A DNA stretch of 63,995 nucleotides, filler included, from Perkinsus olseni (taxonomy: Eukaryota): assembly GCA_013115125.1 (NCBI GenBank). It is 12 parts of 12 records of this genome, joined end to end, with 100 filler letters (N's around TTAATTAATTAA, not from the genome) between each part and the next. Parts side by side here need not be neighbours in the genome. Positions count along the whole stretch, not along the records: positions 43,829 to 49,163 come from JABANN010001195.1; positions 49,264 to 54,593 come from JABANN010001196.1; positions 54,694 to 60,017 come from JABANN010001197.1; positions 60,118 to 63,995 come from JABANN010001340.1; 8 more parts are not named here. The stretch is one strand, 5' to 3'. How positions within the stretch are numbered: position 1 is the stretch's first letter; each line of letters begins with the position of its first letter. A model generated the notes under the pieces. It saw only the letters and a list, made by a program, of their open reading frames with translations. It searched no databases and was not told the origin of the DNA. Positions 47,088 to 60,821 of this stretch are shown one piece after another. A program made the translations under genes and the position numbers.

Positions 47088-48058
47088 GTACCGTTTGCCC
47101 TTGAGACTTTCGGCGGGTCCTATGGCAATTTTCTTTGCGCCGACGTTTCGTCTGACAAGGCCGTCCGCGGCCCTTGTCACGCTCTTGTTGATACCGGTAG
47201 TTGTTATATGTTATTAGACGAACGCTGTGCCCCGAGTGGTTCTAAGATTCAACCCGTTCGCGGTCTTGAACTCATTTCTGCGCAAGGTCATAGCTAAGAT
47301 TTGATGGGGGCAGTGGCCCCTACTCTTTCTCTGTACGATTCGACTAACTTAGATAGCCCTTGTTTACCGGAGGCAGACCCACCGCCGCCGGTTGCTGACC
47401 TCCCTCCTGATGTTGTGGTGCCGATGGTATTCTTGGTGGTTAAGGCTTGTGTTCATCCTATCCTTCTAGGTAGCGACTTCTTGGCGCACTATCGTATGGC
47501 TGTGGTTTACCGAGAACTAGGCCCACCCTTGCTCCAAGGTGTCCTGAAGGATCGACCGAATCCGGCTGTTACGGATGCTGGTCGCGGGTATTCTGTGTCG
47601 GCTACCCGATGGAAGAACGAGCCCTTGAAGGTACCTACCCGTATAATTGAATCATTTTCCGAGCTACAAAAGAAAAGGATCTCAGCGAGAATTTGGCTAT
47701 GCCGCCTGAGCTTCCTCCTCAAGGCCTTTGTAGCCCTCGTGCGAAGCCGCCGCCTCCTGGTAGTTCTGTCGAAGGATCCCCCTCGGAAGACCCTTCTGAC
47801 GGAACCCAGGCTTCCCGCCATAACGGCCGAAAAAGCGGAATGCCAAGCGCAGACGCCGAAGGGACCTAAGGAAAAGGGTTCACAAGAAGGTCCAAAGAGT
47901 CGTCCCCTCCGCCTTACCGTGGCCCTGGTTAATCGCCATGTTATCTGTCCAACAGCCCTTGACTAACGATGAACTGGCTGCTGACGCTTTGCCAACGAAG
48001 ATGCCTATTCCCGATTCATGGCTCCCCCCAGTTTCACGTTCTGGCGACCCCGGTAAGT

Positions 48059-48593
48059 TGGGATGTTCACGTTTCGTACACCAAATAGTCGTACATTTTC
48101 GACTCATGTCTCCAATACTCATACATCTTCGAATCGTACACGAAATGCTCGTACACCGAAAAGTCTACTTCCTCCCTGGTAAGGGAGCCCCTGCACATAG
48201 GATCGAACTTGCGACCTTCTAATCGAGAGCCTGCTACCTTAACCACTAGTGGCGCGAACAGTTCGCTCACTATAGACAATATAACTTCCTCCGCTCCGTC
48301 AGTGCACCCAGCGCGCGGCCCAAAAATGCGACTCAGCAAGCAAAGTGTACGAGTCGTGCTCGTGTACGAGTTGCCAGTGTATGAGATTCACGTGTACGAA
48401 CTTCAAGTGTACGACTCACTACCTGAACGAATATTATATGTACGAGTGCCATGAGTACGAGTATAACGTGTACGAGTCTCAAGTGTACGAAATGACGATG
48501 TATGAATCCGATGAGTGAACGAGTATTCAGTGTACGAGCCGTGTACGAAGCGATAGTGTACGAGTTTTCGGTGTACGAATCGTAATACACCCG
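48059..48593. mobile_element. Non-autonomous foldback/MULE-like element with inverted TCGTACAC/GTGTACGA arrays, inserted in LTR pol
   Basis: Left arm has TCGTACA units, right arm has GTGTACGA units at ~15-bp period. Imperfect terminal inverted repeat; ends ...TAATACACCCG. No TSD discerned. Confidence 0.75.
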
Positions 48594-49263
48594 GAGCGAC
48601 ATACCTGCCACCGCCTGACCCAACTGTTTTTGTACTCTACCGAGGCGACTGGTTGCAAATAACGGTTAACGAGAAGGCCAACAAGCAGAAGTATTTCTGT
48701 GCTGATATTTCTTGTGAATTGGCGGATTGGATGTCCCAGGTTAAAATGAAGCCTGCAGCTAAATTACATTGGAAGTGATTGAAGGCCTCAGAAGAAGCCA
48801 ATCGGGACTGTTGTAAACAATTGGCTGCCTTTGTCAACAATGGAAAGCTTGTAAAAGTTGACCATCCTAGTTTCAATGTATTTCGGTCAAATTTTTATGC
48901 GGTTAAAGGGAGAAAGTGATATAGAGTCGACACTCCATTCATACAGTTTAATACAGTGATGAGGTTCATTCTAAGGTTTTATCCGGTTCATAATCCCCAA
49001 CATCGCATGAGTACAGTTGTTCACAGGCTACGCACCGCTGTAGCAGTTTCCTTATTAGATATGAACGATGCTTATATGAACATTGTTATTGGTCCATGCC
49101 TTTGTCGCGAGATAGAAATATGGTGGTACGGTTTTGTCACAAACACAACACACAAGAGTTTTANNNNNNNNNNNNNNNNNNNNNNNNNNNNNNNNNNNNN
49201 NNNNNNNTTAATTAATTAANNNNNNNNNNNNNNNNNNNNNNNNNNNNNNNNNNNNNNNNNNNN

Positions 49264-49336
49264 GAGTATTCAGTGTACGAGCCGTGTACGAAGCGATAGT
49301 GTACGAGTTTTCGGTGTACGAATCGTAATACACCCG
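49264..49336 (+). repeat. Right terminus of a second copy of the 48059-48593 element
   Basis: 73 nt identical to 48521-48593; the flanks diverge immediately after CACCCG. Confidence 0.9.
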
Positions 49337-49796
49337 ACCATCCAAGTTGAAGCTAATAGGTGGGAATTCATCAAACAGGCGTATGATGGTGTTGTTCTGA
49401 AGCATCGGGTCCCAGATAAGCGAAACCCAGTATTAAGTTAACACAGACCCAGGTTGAGTCAGATTAACGTAGTTAATGAGTTCTAAATTATACGATAAAA
49501 CTCTACGATCATATTAGCGTCGCAGCTTAAGGAGTGCAAGCTGCGCGCCACAGACACAACCGGGGACAGACGGTACGGCACACCATTACAGATGCATCAA
49601 CATCGAAGTCTGGGGGGGGGGCAACCTCCAGGAACATGCCCAGGCTGGATGACCCAGCCAAGGTTCCGAGCCCTACTCAGAAACTCGACATCACAGAAGT
49701 TGTCCGTAAACGTCGGAGAAGTGACGAAAATAAATGAAAATGAAAAAAAATACAATGCTACCCTGAAATTTCGAAGGGATGGAAATGATTTTTCCT

Positions 49797-50654
49797 CGGT
49801 GAGGATCATATCGTACAGTTTCACCTCATGCAGTTTCCAGTCGTACAGTTTCGCTTCGTACATTGTCTTTTCGTCTTGTTGCACTCAGTGCAATATCATT
49901 CCGTACAGTGCCGAATCTTACAGTGTGACACTGTCAGTGTCCACCAGTACAGTGCCATATCGTACAGTGTCCGCTCGTGCAGTTTCACATAGTACAGTGT
50001 CATATAGTACAGTTTCACCTCGTACAGTGTTAAACCGTACACCCTACTCCCGCGCGCGCCACCGCCCCTACCGCGTCCACCGTCGCCATCGGACAACCAA
50101 TTTTGGAGCATCCGTGAATCGAACCTGAGAGTACCGCTTGCCAGCAGGCCCCCCGTCCGCGCGAACACTTTGCCTCACCGAAACTCGTTTTCGCCAGCGA
50201 AATCCACAGCTCAGTAAATGGCAGCAACGCTCCGCCTGATGGGAATCATTTTTCATTAGGCATTTCAAGAAAATGTTTACGCATCGTGTCTAGTCATTTC
50301 CCCTGAGTTACTTTGCATTGTACATGTAGAATTTACTAATCAACACTCTATCGGTTGCAACTGTACTGAACGAGACTGTACGTGCAGCAACTGTACTGAA
50401 CGGCACTGTACCTGCAGCAACGGTACGGTTCGACACTGTACGAGATGACACTGTACTGACTGCAACAAGATGAACTGACACTGCACCACAAGACACAAAA
50501 TGAGTTGCAACTGAACCAGCTGACACTGTACGAGTTACAACTGTACCATATGTCACAAGATGAAAGTCGGTTGTACGGATTATTCTTGTACCACTTTAGC
50601 TGCGCACCAGCTGAGACCTGTACCAACTGACACTGTACGATATGATACTCACCC
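49797..50654. mobile_element. Non-autonomous foldback/MULE-like element, ~860 bp, with TIRs and inverted 15-bp arrays
   Basis: Left end CGGTGAGGATCATATCGTACAGT vs reverse complement of right end GGGTGAGTATCATATCGTACAGT (21/23). GTACAGT units on the left, ACTGTAC units on the right, unique core containing CGCGCGCG. Confidence 0.82.
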
Positions 50655-52108
50655 TGATATCATGCCCAAGGACGGTGACCCCAAGATCTTCGCACGGTAC
50701 TATATCGCCACCATCCCGGTCGTTAATTTGTTGAGAAGCTCTACTAAAGTGCGTTTATGCCTCGATGCGAGGCAACTTAATTGCTATGCCACTACCACTG
50801 GTGACAACTCCACTGATGCCGATCTGTACCTATTCTCGACGCTTATTAAATGGCGATCCAACCGAGCCGCGTCGACTGATGATCTCTCTAAAACGTTCTG
50901 GAGCGTAGGTGTGATGGGCTTACAGGACAGGGTTTACCAGGTAAACCCTGTCCTATAAGGTAAACTTTACCTTGGCATGATAATCAACTAAATGGTGGTG
51001 CGGTCACCGCACTGCGGTGGCGACGGGTGCCGTTCGGGACAAATTGGTCCCCATGGGCCCTGACTTCTAGCATAAGGAGAGCCCTGAATACCTTATGCCC
51101 ATTGAGAAGTGCCAGTATTGGTTGTTATGTGGACGACATGGTGATCGTCGCCCAGGACCTTGAGGAGGTAGAGGCTACACGTGATGCCGCTATCCAGGCG
51201 CTTGAGCAGCATGGGTTCCGGATCAACCAGGCAAAAAGAGCCCATAATCTGGATACATATGACTATGCGATTGGGTCCCTAGGCAGCCCAATTTCGACGA
51301 CGAGAACCTCCGTAAGGCTTCCTGGCTGGGATATAGATGGTTTATCTGATAAACTGAGAGGATAAACTTTATCAGCCCAGATGTTGACGTGTTTGACGTC
51401 AAACTTCCCGAAATGGTAATGGTGCGTCCGGTTACGCTATCGCAGCTGAAGATCGGTGACGTGGTGTGGAAGAAGAACTACAATGCTGACAAGTTTAGCA
51501 ACCTCTTCACCGACCCATTTACGGTGACAGCAATTGAGGGTGTGACGATCTCGATATGTGACAAAGAAGGGCAGACGTCGGCGTGCGGTATCCATCAACT
51601 CAAACGAGGCGGACCCAAGATCAAGATCGCTCGAGAAGGAGTGGACATTATCAAGAAGGCCGCTAGCATACAAACAGAGACTGAGCTTACCAAACCGGCA
51701 TTCGATGAGTCCGATCTTCGTCAGTGGAGAGATGCAGTGATGAATGAAGGAGTTATGACTCGTAGCAAGAAGAGAGCCCTGGAGAAGATGGACGGTGTCA
51801 TTGGCACCAATGACAACAAGGAGCCCAAGGTCCGAAGACGTTAACCTCACGATGATTCTCGGCGACTAAGAGGCTACGGCTATAGCAGTAGCCTGGGGGA
51901 GTGTGCCGAGAACCCAACTTTTTTACTAAGCAGCTCACGAGAGCGCGTGTACTAGAAAAGAATCGAGAGAATCGTGTACTAGCTGAGTATCCTTAGCGTG
52001 GTGCTAGCAGTAGTACTGTTGCAGTACCACACCATCACTTACAAATTTAAGTAGACCTTTGATTATTGACTCACAACTGCCCTTGTTGTGTTGCGCAATT
52101 TCGGCACA
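50655..52108 (+). mobile_element. Internally deleted Ty3/Gypsy-like remnant: RT, integrase C-terminus, PPT and 3' LTR (51902-52108)
   Basis: RLCLDARQLN, DLSKTFWSV, PFG, YVDD; KIGDVVW...FTDPFTV (GPF/Y module); GGGGGAG tract followed by an LTR bounded by TGTGCCGA...TCGGCACA. Confidence 0.82.
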
Positions 52109-54693
52109 ATTCTTGCTCTTCGAATTCAGCACGAGAACCAGCGCGTTCTGCGAGATATCCGGGAGAATATTGCTTACCGTCGGCAGCACAACTGCGAGTT
52201 GAATATACTGCAGGATTCTGCCGAAGACAGTGATACGTTCCCGAAGTGGCAAGAGGAGTGGTGAGGTGCTACATCTGTGCTGGTCCATCTCTTCGAGATC
52301 GGCGAGTTGTCGCCCACGCACTCCTACAGGATGAGAATGTTCAATCGATCCTTCCACAGTACCGCTGCGACGGACGTGGTAGGCTACCACGATAGGGGTA
52401 AACACTAAGGTATCTCGTAACGTCGGTCGCGTAGCAGCTACCCGCGGTCGAGGTAGCTGACTCAACAAAGTTGAGGGTTTTGTTAGGGGAATATAGACCG
52501 AGGCTTGAGGTCGAGCTACCCTTACAGTTACCCAACTTGGCAAGGGGTACTACTACTAGTGGCAATGCCAAGGTGTGAATCTCGTTTGGGTGACCTCCTT
52601 GTGGTGTTTACTGAATCATTTGTTAATACTTACTTAACATAACTCACTACCGTTACTTGTAGATGTTGAGGTATTGTGTTACTGGAGTTGATGTTAATAA
52701 GAGTACTTTAGGAGCAAATAATTAGCAATGTTCGTGCCGTCTACATATGCACTGAAGCCTGTGTAGTACAATTTGTACTACATATTTGTATTTGTACTGT
52801 ACAAATAAGAAGAAGACGAAATAAGAAAGCACGAAACAAATAGCAAAGCATAAGCAATAAGAAATAACAAATCGCAATAAGAAATAGCAAAGCATAGCGT
52901 CTGAGCAACGAACCTCTTCCAATTTGAAAGTTTCAAACAATCTCTCCCTCATGCTGGCTCAGAGCTTCTCCGCCGTGCAAGCAACAAGTTATAACCGCGC
53001 GAGAAATCGATTGGTGGAGCGTATGGGGAATAGATACTCAACCCAACACTCTAAGATAGGCTTAGAGAGCAGCTTATCCAAAGCTTAGTCTAATTACTTA
53101 GCATCCGCATGGTTGCTAGATGAAACCGTTCATCCAAAGATATGCATGAAGATACGCATGGTATTATCCAGGGTGCGCATACAGGAGGCGGTATCCTCCA
53201 TTGGCAAGGGCAATCTATAGTATCAATTTGAGGTTGAAAGAGTTACGATGAGTTGGAAATGAACGAAACGAACGTCCAGTCACTGGACTCCAGTGGACGT
53301 CGTCCTGGACGACTCGTCCACCGTAGGCCGTCTACAGGGAGCTAAAGTTTGGCAGCCCTACTGTCCGAGCCTCATTGAAGCTGCTTCGACGGGCCAAATT
53401 TGAAGTATCAAAGACTACTTCTTCCAAGAAATCGACACTTTCGGACAGAATCTGGCCAGAAGTTATCTGATAACTTTCGACAAGCAAGTAGTTTGAAGTT
53501 CAAACTTTGAACAAGGGATTTTGGACAACTCGGCAGGTAGCTGTCGAAGATCTCCGAAGTACGCCTTTGGACAACTTGTCCAGGACAAGGTTGTTGCAAT
53601 AGTGGCCCACTATTAGTGGGTCTCGATGCTTGTCCATTGGACAATGTCAAATGTCACCGGACATCTTTTCTCAGTTTACCCTCCAATTGACGTAGAGGAG
53701 GCCCTTTGGACAAGTCGACACCCGAGAAGTGTCCAAAAAACCTGTCCAATACTCTCCCCGAACGAAACTTCAGCCAATAGTTGTCCAAGGAAGACATTGA
53801 GCCCCCAGGAAAGAATCGCCAGTATTAATAGATGACGTCACGCACGGCCCAGGGAGGGGAAGGCGTAAGAGTTTAAATCCCTACGAAAGATCGAAAATGA
53901 GCATTTGATGATTTGTATATGGTATCTCTAATAGAGATTCTCTATATAGCAGCTATATCATAGCTGTTGCTATTAGCCATGTAACAACTGTTGTTTATGC
54001 CTCAATTCGCAGTGTAATAGAGATTTTAGGTGGGTCGCGGGTTCGAATCCCAGGCGGGAGTCCCGCCGCGGGACATGTGTGAAAAAGCCGTTCCACAAAT
54101 TTTGCGAAAAACGGTTGCGGACTCATCGCATGCAATACAACTATATAAGGAGGAGATATAGCTAAAATTTCATGCCCAAACTCGACATAGGGGAGCAGTT
54201 ACCTCTGCACACGTAATTCCCCTCTTTAGATGTCCGGTACTGTACCTCAATTGGGCCACTCTGAGCATCAATGGAGATGCACCCGTTAAACGCCACATCG
54301 CATTAATCACGATGTGATAAACGCGAAAACGCGAAGACTTCGCGGCGAAGTGATAATCGACTTTATCACATCGCGAAAAAACGCTACCGAAAAGTTTTCG
54401 GCGAAAACCGCCTTTTCGCGAAAATCACGAATCGTATTTTTTCGCGATTTATCTTTTTCTCGCGATTTTTCGCGAAGTGAAATTCGTGATGTGTTTTTCG
54501 CTAGCGTTTTTCACTACACGGTGTGAGAGTTTGACCGGGCTCCGCCTCATGAACGCGACTCGCAGGAGATGCCATTAAGTCTCAAGGTCAATANNNNNNN
54601 NNNNNNNNNNNNNNNNNNNNNNNNNNNNNNNNNNNNNTTAATTAATTAANNNNNNNNNNNNNNNNNNNNNNNNNNNNNNNNNNNNNNNNNNNN

Positions 54694-56522
<1,829 letters not shown>

Positions 56523-57048
56523 CCTCCCCTTGAGTTCCTAGTCTGAGGTGGCCTCGCCTCCCTCTTTACGATAGCCTCATCAATCTATATGCTTTGTGTT
56601 CACCAATTGTCATGTGGGCCGCTTGGAGTTCTCCTTTCGAAAGGTCTCAATCGTTACCTTCCAGGAGCTGCGAAGCGCGAGCGCGCCGAGACTGCCAGTC
56701 GATTGGTGGAACTTGAACGGCCCACCGAAACTAATCATTGATTAATAATCAATGAAACGATCAACTGCCTACCTCACACATTTTGTACTGAGACTATTCT
56801 TCCTGCCCCGACTTTCTCTTCAATGGTGCAGTCACTGCCGTGGGAATCGAAGGCGGCCATCGGGGCTTCGAGTCGGCGACCTCAATCAAACGAGGGCGTT
56901 CATGTGAAGCGGTATCGTTCTTGCTCGTGCAATGCTGCTGCCGATCACCCATGCTGCTTTTTAAGTGAATATCTCGAGCCTTGTTGTGCTGAGTTTGCAG
57001 GCGGAACGTGCAGAGGGTCGCTTTGTGGTCAGTTGCCTGTTCGCGTCA

Positions 57049-58560
57049 ATGCCGAATTTCTATGAGGAGCCCGTCGCCGGCGGTATGAGTGAGAAGTTGT
57101 GGAAGGACAACCAAGACCTTGCCCGTATGAGTTTACATCATCCCTTCGTACAAGGCCTCGGTGATGGTACCCTCGACCCGGAGGCCTTCAAACGCTATGT
57201 GGCTCAGGACTCCTTCTTCCTCAACGGCTACATACGAGCCCTGTGCTACTGCATCGCCAAGAGTGACGTAACGGCCACGGAGAAGGACCTACTCGTCTTG
57301 CTAGACGGCGTGAGAAGGGAGGCAGAGGCCCTTCATCACAACTACATCGACAGCCCGGAGGTCGACAGTCCAGCGCCCGCCTGCCGCAAGTTCGTGGACT
57401 TCTTGCTGAGCATTGGCCGGGCTGACTGCGGTCCCTCGGTGATGATAGCTGCCCTTATACCCTGTGCAAGACTCTACGCATGGATCGGGAAGGAGCTAAC
57501 GGTCAATAGAGATATTCTTGAGGGGCACCCCTACAGGGACTGGCTCCTTCTTTTTGCCGGCGAGGCTGTGAACATCGAGGCCAAGACGCTGGAGGCCCTT
57601 CTGGACAAACAGGTTGAAGCATGCGAATATGAGGAAGTCGCTCTAATTTACCGCCGCTCTATGCAGCTCGAGTACGACTTCTTCGACGCGTTCGGTGGCG
57701 AATTGGGTCGACCTGCCGGTAGCCCGCAGGAAATCCCCACCGTGTTGGTGGTGAGCGGCAGCGAGTCCGGTGGAGGGTCGGGCCATCAGGCAGACTTGAA
57801 GACCCTAGAGGCTCTCGGGGTGTACTCGACCTCAGCGTTGACATCGATAGCTGCCCAGAACAGTCAGGGGGTACAGGGAGTCCAGGTGGTGACTGACGAC
57901 CTCCTCGCCGCCCAGATTGATTCTGTTATCTCGGATTTCGACGTGTCGGTCGTGAAGGTTGGTTCGGTACCGAGTCCCCGACAGCTACGGGTGGTGGCTG
58001 AGAAGCTCCACGGTTTACCCATGGTCGTGGACCCCGTCTTACCGTTGACGTCTCCAGATGGCCCGGCCGCACAGGGGGATGCTGACGCTGTCTTGGCTAC
58101 CTACAAGGACCATATTTTCCCGCTCGCTACAATAGTCACGTCCACTCTGTCGGAAGCCCGGCGTCTGGTCGGTAGGAGAGAGTCGGTCGGAGTCGACGAG
58201 GCCAGGAGTGTTGCTCGAGCCTTGGCTCAGTATGGCCCAAAGTATGTTTTCATGAGGATTGACGGGGATTGCCTTGATACTGAGGCCCGCGGGGGTGTCC
58301 TCTACGGCCGAGAGAATGAGGAGTTCTACGAGTACACAGATAAGAAGATTTCGACAACCAATACTCGTGGCGCTGGTTGTACACTGGCCAGCGCTATTGC
58401 TGGGTTTATGGCTCGCGGTTATCCCGTACCAGACGCTGTGGAGAGGGCCATTGGGTACCTCCATGAGGTCATAGCCCGTTCGGAGGGAACTCCCCTCGGC
58501 CAGGGTCCCAACAGACCGTTGGTCCACTCGGCCGACAGTATTTGGGTTAACTACTTCTAA
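57049..58560 (+). CDS. TenA (thiaminase II) - ThiD (HMP/HMP-P kinase-like) fusion, 503 aa, intronless
   Basis: TenA motifs HPFV, YVAQD, PCARLY, HPYRDW, EYDFF; then ThiD motifs SGSESGGGSGHQADLKT, AQNSQGV, VVDPV, GAGCTLASAI. First ATG at 57049. Confidence 0.93.
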   Translation: MPNFYEEPVAGGMSEKLWKDNQDLARMSLHHPFVQGLGDGTLDPEAFKRYVAQDSFFLNGYIRALCYCIAKSDVTATEKDLLVLLDGVRREAEALHHNYIDSPEVDSPAPACRKFVDFLLSIGRADCGPSVMIAALIPCARLYAWIGKELTVNRDILEGHPYRDWLLLFAGEAVNIEAKTLEALLDKQVEACEYEEVALIYRRSMQLEYDFFDAFGGELGRPAGSPQEIPTVLVVSGSESGGGSGHQADLKTLEALGVYSTSALTSIAAQNSQGVQGVQVVTDDLLAAQIDSVISDFDVSVVKVGSVPSPRQLRVVAEKLHGLPMVVDPVLPLTSPDGPAAQGDADAVLATYKDHIFPLATIVTSTLSEARRLVGRRESVGVDEARSVARALAQYGPKYVFMRIDGDCLDTEARGGVLYGRENEEFYEYTDKKISTTNTRGAGCTLASAIAGFMARGYPVPDAVERAIGYLHEVIARSEGTPLGQGPNRPLVHSADSIWVNYF

Positions 58561-60117
58561 CACTATCAACCATTGATTTTTCTTATCCCTTATCAGAACT
58601 CTCGAACATTCTCAGAGCCGTCAGGGCTCAGAGCTCCCTGTGAGTGCGTAAATGTGCCGCTCGATCTCTGCAAGTAGACGGTTCTTGCAGTTTCTTTCTT
58701 TCAAGTATCAGAGTTCATCGGCCAGTCTGGGTTGTCAGTAGCGATGAAACCCTGAGTGTGGGGAGTCCCCAGTGGGGAGAGAGAGTGGGGCGTACTGAGG
58801 CTGATGCGAGCGCAGTTCCGCGAGAAGGCACCCCGAAACCGGAACAGGGCCGAAACCCTAGCGGCGCCGGATTTGCATACCCATGAACCGTTACCCCTTG
58901 AGCCGAGTATTCGACTCAAACACCTAGCTATGGTAACGACTAGACACGTCCAGCCCGCCCACTCCTTGGAGGATGACGAGCTTACTATCACCCTCGGTTT
59001 TGCAGGGTTTATGAAGGGTGGATAACTGTGGAAAAGGGTACCTGACGACACGACCCACGCGTCTCCGCAGGGACACAGCCGTCTTGCCCCGAATGTGAAT
59101 GAGTCAACCCGCCTCAAGTACTCGAGGACAGAAGCAGTGTCCTATACTAGTGCTGGCTGTGCAGTTCATATCCTACTGCTGCCCCTCTGTGCCGAATGTC
59201 CCCACACGGCCGACTTCACCGACTGTGTGCGACTTCGTCCATACCTCCAGAAGGGTTCCTCACGTTCATTTCCTTCCTCACAAAAAAAGTTCGTTGTACG
59301 GAGCTGCTGGCTGTTATCAGATTCATCGAAGCGGCTTCTATTAGCTGATGTGCATGGTGGTATGTGTGTGTGGGTCTGTTGCCAGGCATTTCAAGCCTAT
59401 GGGCCTATCGCCCTTAAACATACAATAGCCGACTCTGAGCGATTGCGAGTAGGCCCGACAGCAGCAATCCCCTGCGACCAAGAGAGAAAGAGTGAGAGAA
59501 CAAACAACGATCGGCGAGGTGGGGAGAGATGCCGAAGCGATTACATCCGCAAGCAGCGTGATACGTAGAGAACCTCCTCCGCAGGCCCATAGCTAAACCC
59601 AGCGAGGAGTGCTATGGCCGATGAGTCTCATCATAAGGCGCAATGCCAGACGTTGTGCGACTCGAGCACAGCAGTTATCTTGTATACTATAATAAGTATA
59701 AGAAACAATAAGGTAAACGTGTAAGTGACACTAGGTACGCCAACAAGGTGAGGACGATAAGAGGGGACGCTCGCCGCCGTCGAGCCATCCTCGGTCACAC
59801 TCGTGGAGTGGATGTATGAGCGATGGCAAGCCCGGCACCAGTTTCGACCTGGCCATTGCTGGCCAGTGACCCCCATGCCACGATCAGGCACTGGGACCAA
59901 TGAGGGGCGTGGTGGTATCTTATAGATATTCGCTCGCAACCATCAGTGTTCTTGCAATATGTGTGAAGTGTGATTGTGCGAAGCGGCTGTCCCTTGTTCA
60001 TAGTCGGCAGGACAGGGNNNNNNNNNNNNNNNNNNNNNNNNNNNNNNNNNNNNNNNNNNNNTTAATTAATTAANNNNNNNNNNNNNNNNNNNNNNNNNNN
60101 NNNNNNNNNNNNNNNNN

Positions 60118-60665
60118 GCACGAATTTTGCACGACAGCGCGGGGACCCCTCCCCCGCGCTTTGACGGTTTTGTCCCTGAGGGGGCCCACCGAGAGGATTG
60201 TCTGCCATCGGTGCAATCACCCGGGGCATCTGGCTTATGTATGCGGCGCTAAACTACCAACTACTGCGAGGGGCACTAATGACCCACCTCGTAGGTTGCC
60301 AACACCAACTACGAGAGCGGCACAGTCTCGCACACCGGCGAGGACTAGAGCTAATACTAACGTCCATGCTACTTTCCTTGACGATGCCGCACCTTCGGAG
60401 GACTATCATTGCCATACACTACGTCGCACGCGAGACCGGCCTTCTACCCCGGATCCTCGTGTACGACATCGTGAAGGCATGCTGACTGGGTATGTCACTA
60501 TTGAGGACACTGAGGTCATTGCCATCTATGACACCGGGGCGGACGTCTCACTAATCACTGCCGACTGCCTCAACTACGTAGCCCCAGATGCTGTCCTCGA
60601 GACTAATATACCCAACTCACTAAGCGCCGCTAACGGTGGTCATTTGAGTACTATCGGGACGGTTC
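60118..60665 (+). mobile_element. Fragment of an LTR retrotransposon gag-protease (single frame), target of a nested insertion
   Basis: CHRCNHPGHLAYVC knuckle and IYDTGADVSLI protease motif in one ORF, cut at 60666 by an LTR. Confidence 0.85.
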
Positions 60666-60821
60666 TGTAAGGATTGTGCTACGACACATTCTCTGTCTCC
60701 CGCTAAGCTGTGCTAGATTCCATTGCATACTATAGCATAGTTGATATAACAAGTATAACTCATCCCTCAAGTTGAGTGGATTGCGTTAACGGGTTACATA
60801 TTGGTGGAGAACCCGTGAGCT

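Larger units (their letters stand above)
45738..49163 (+). mobile_element. Degenerate Ty3/Gypsy-like LTR retrotransposon (5' LTR 45738-46021, PBS 46025-46034, gag, protease, RT start), interrupted by a foldback element
   Basis: TGTAG...CAACA LTR, PBS TGGTAGCAGC (initiator-Met-like), gag with two CCHC knuckles, LVDTGS protease, and LLDMNDAYMNI RT motif near 49050. Confidence 0.88.

Noticed and set aside
43777-50626. Pentapeptide-repeat ORFs (TVSxR, LYExK, YSxxx) over the TGTAC arrays
   Set aside because: All frames give 5-residue periodicity from the 15-bp DNA period. The arrays occur in inverted pairs with shared termini, which favours a DNA-level function.
52658-52745. TGTAGATG...CGTCTACA-bounded 88-bp segment as a solo LTR
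   Set aside because: Very short, no target-site duplication, and no PBS or PPT.
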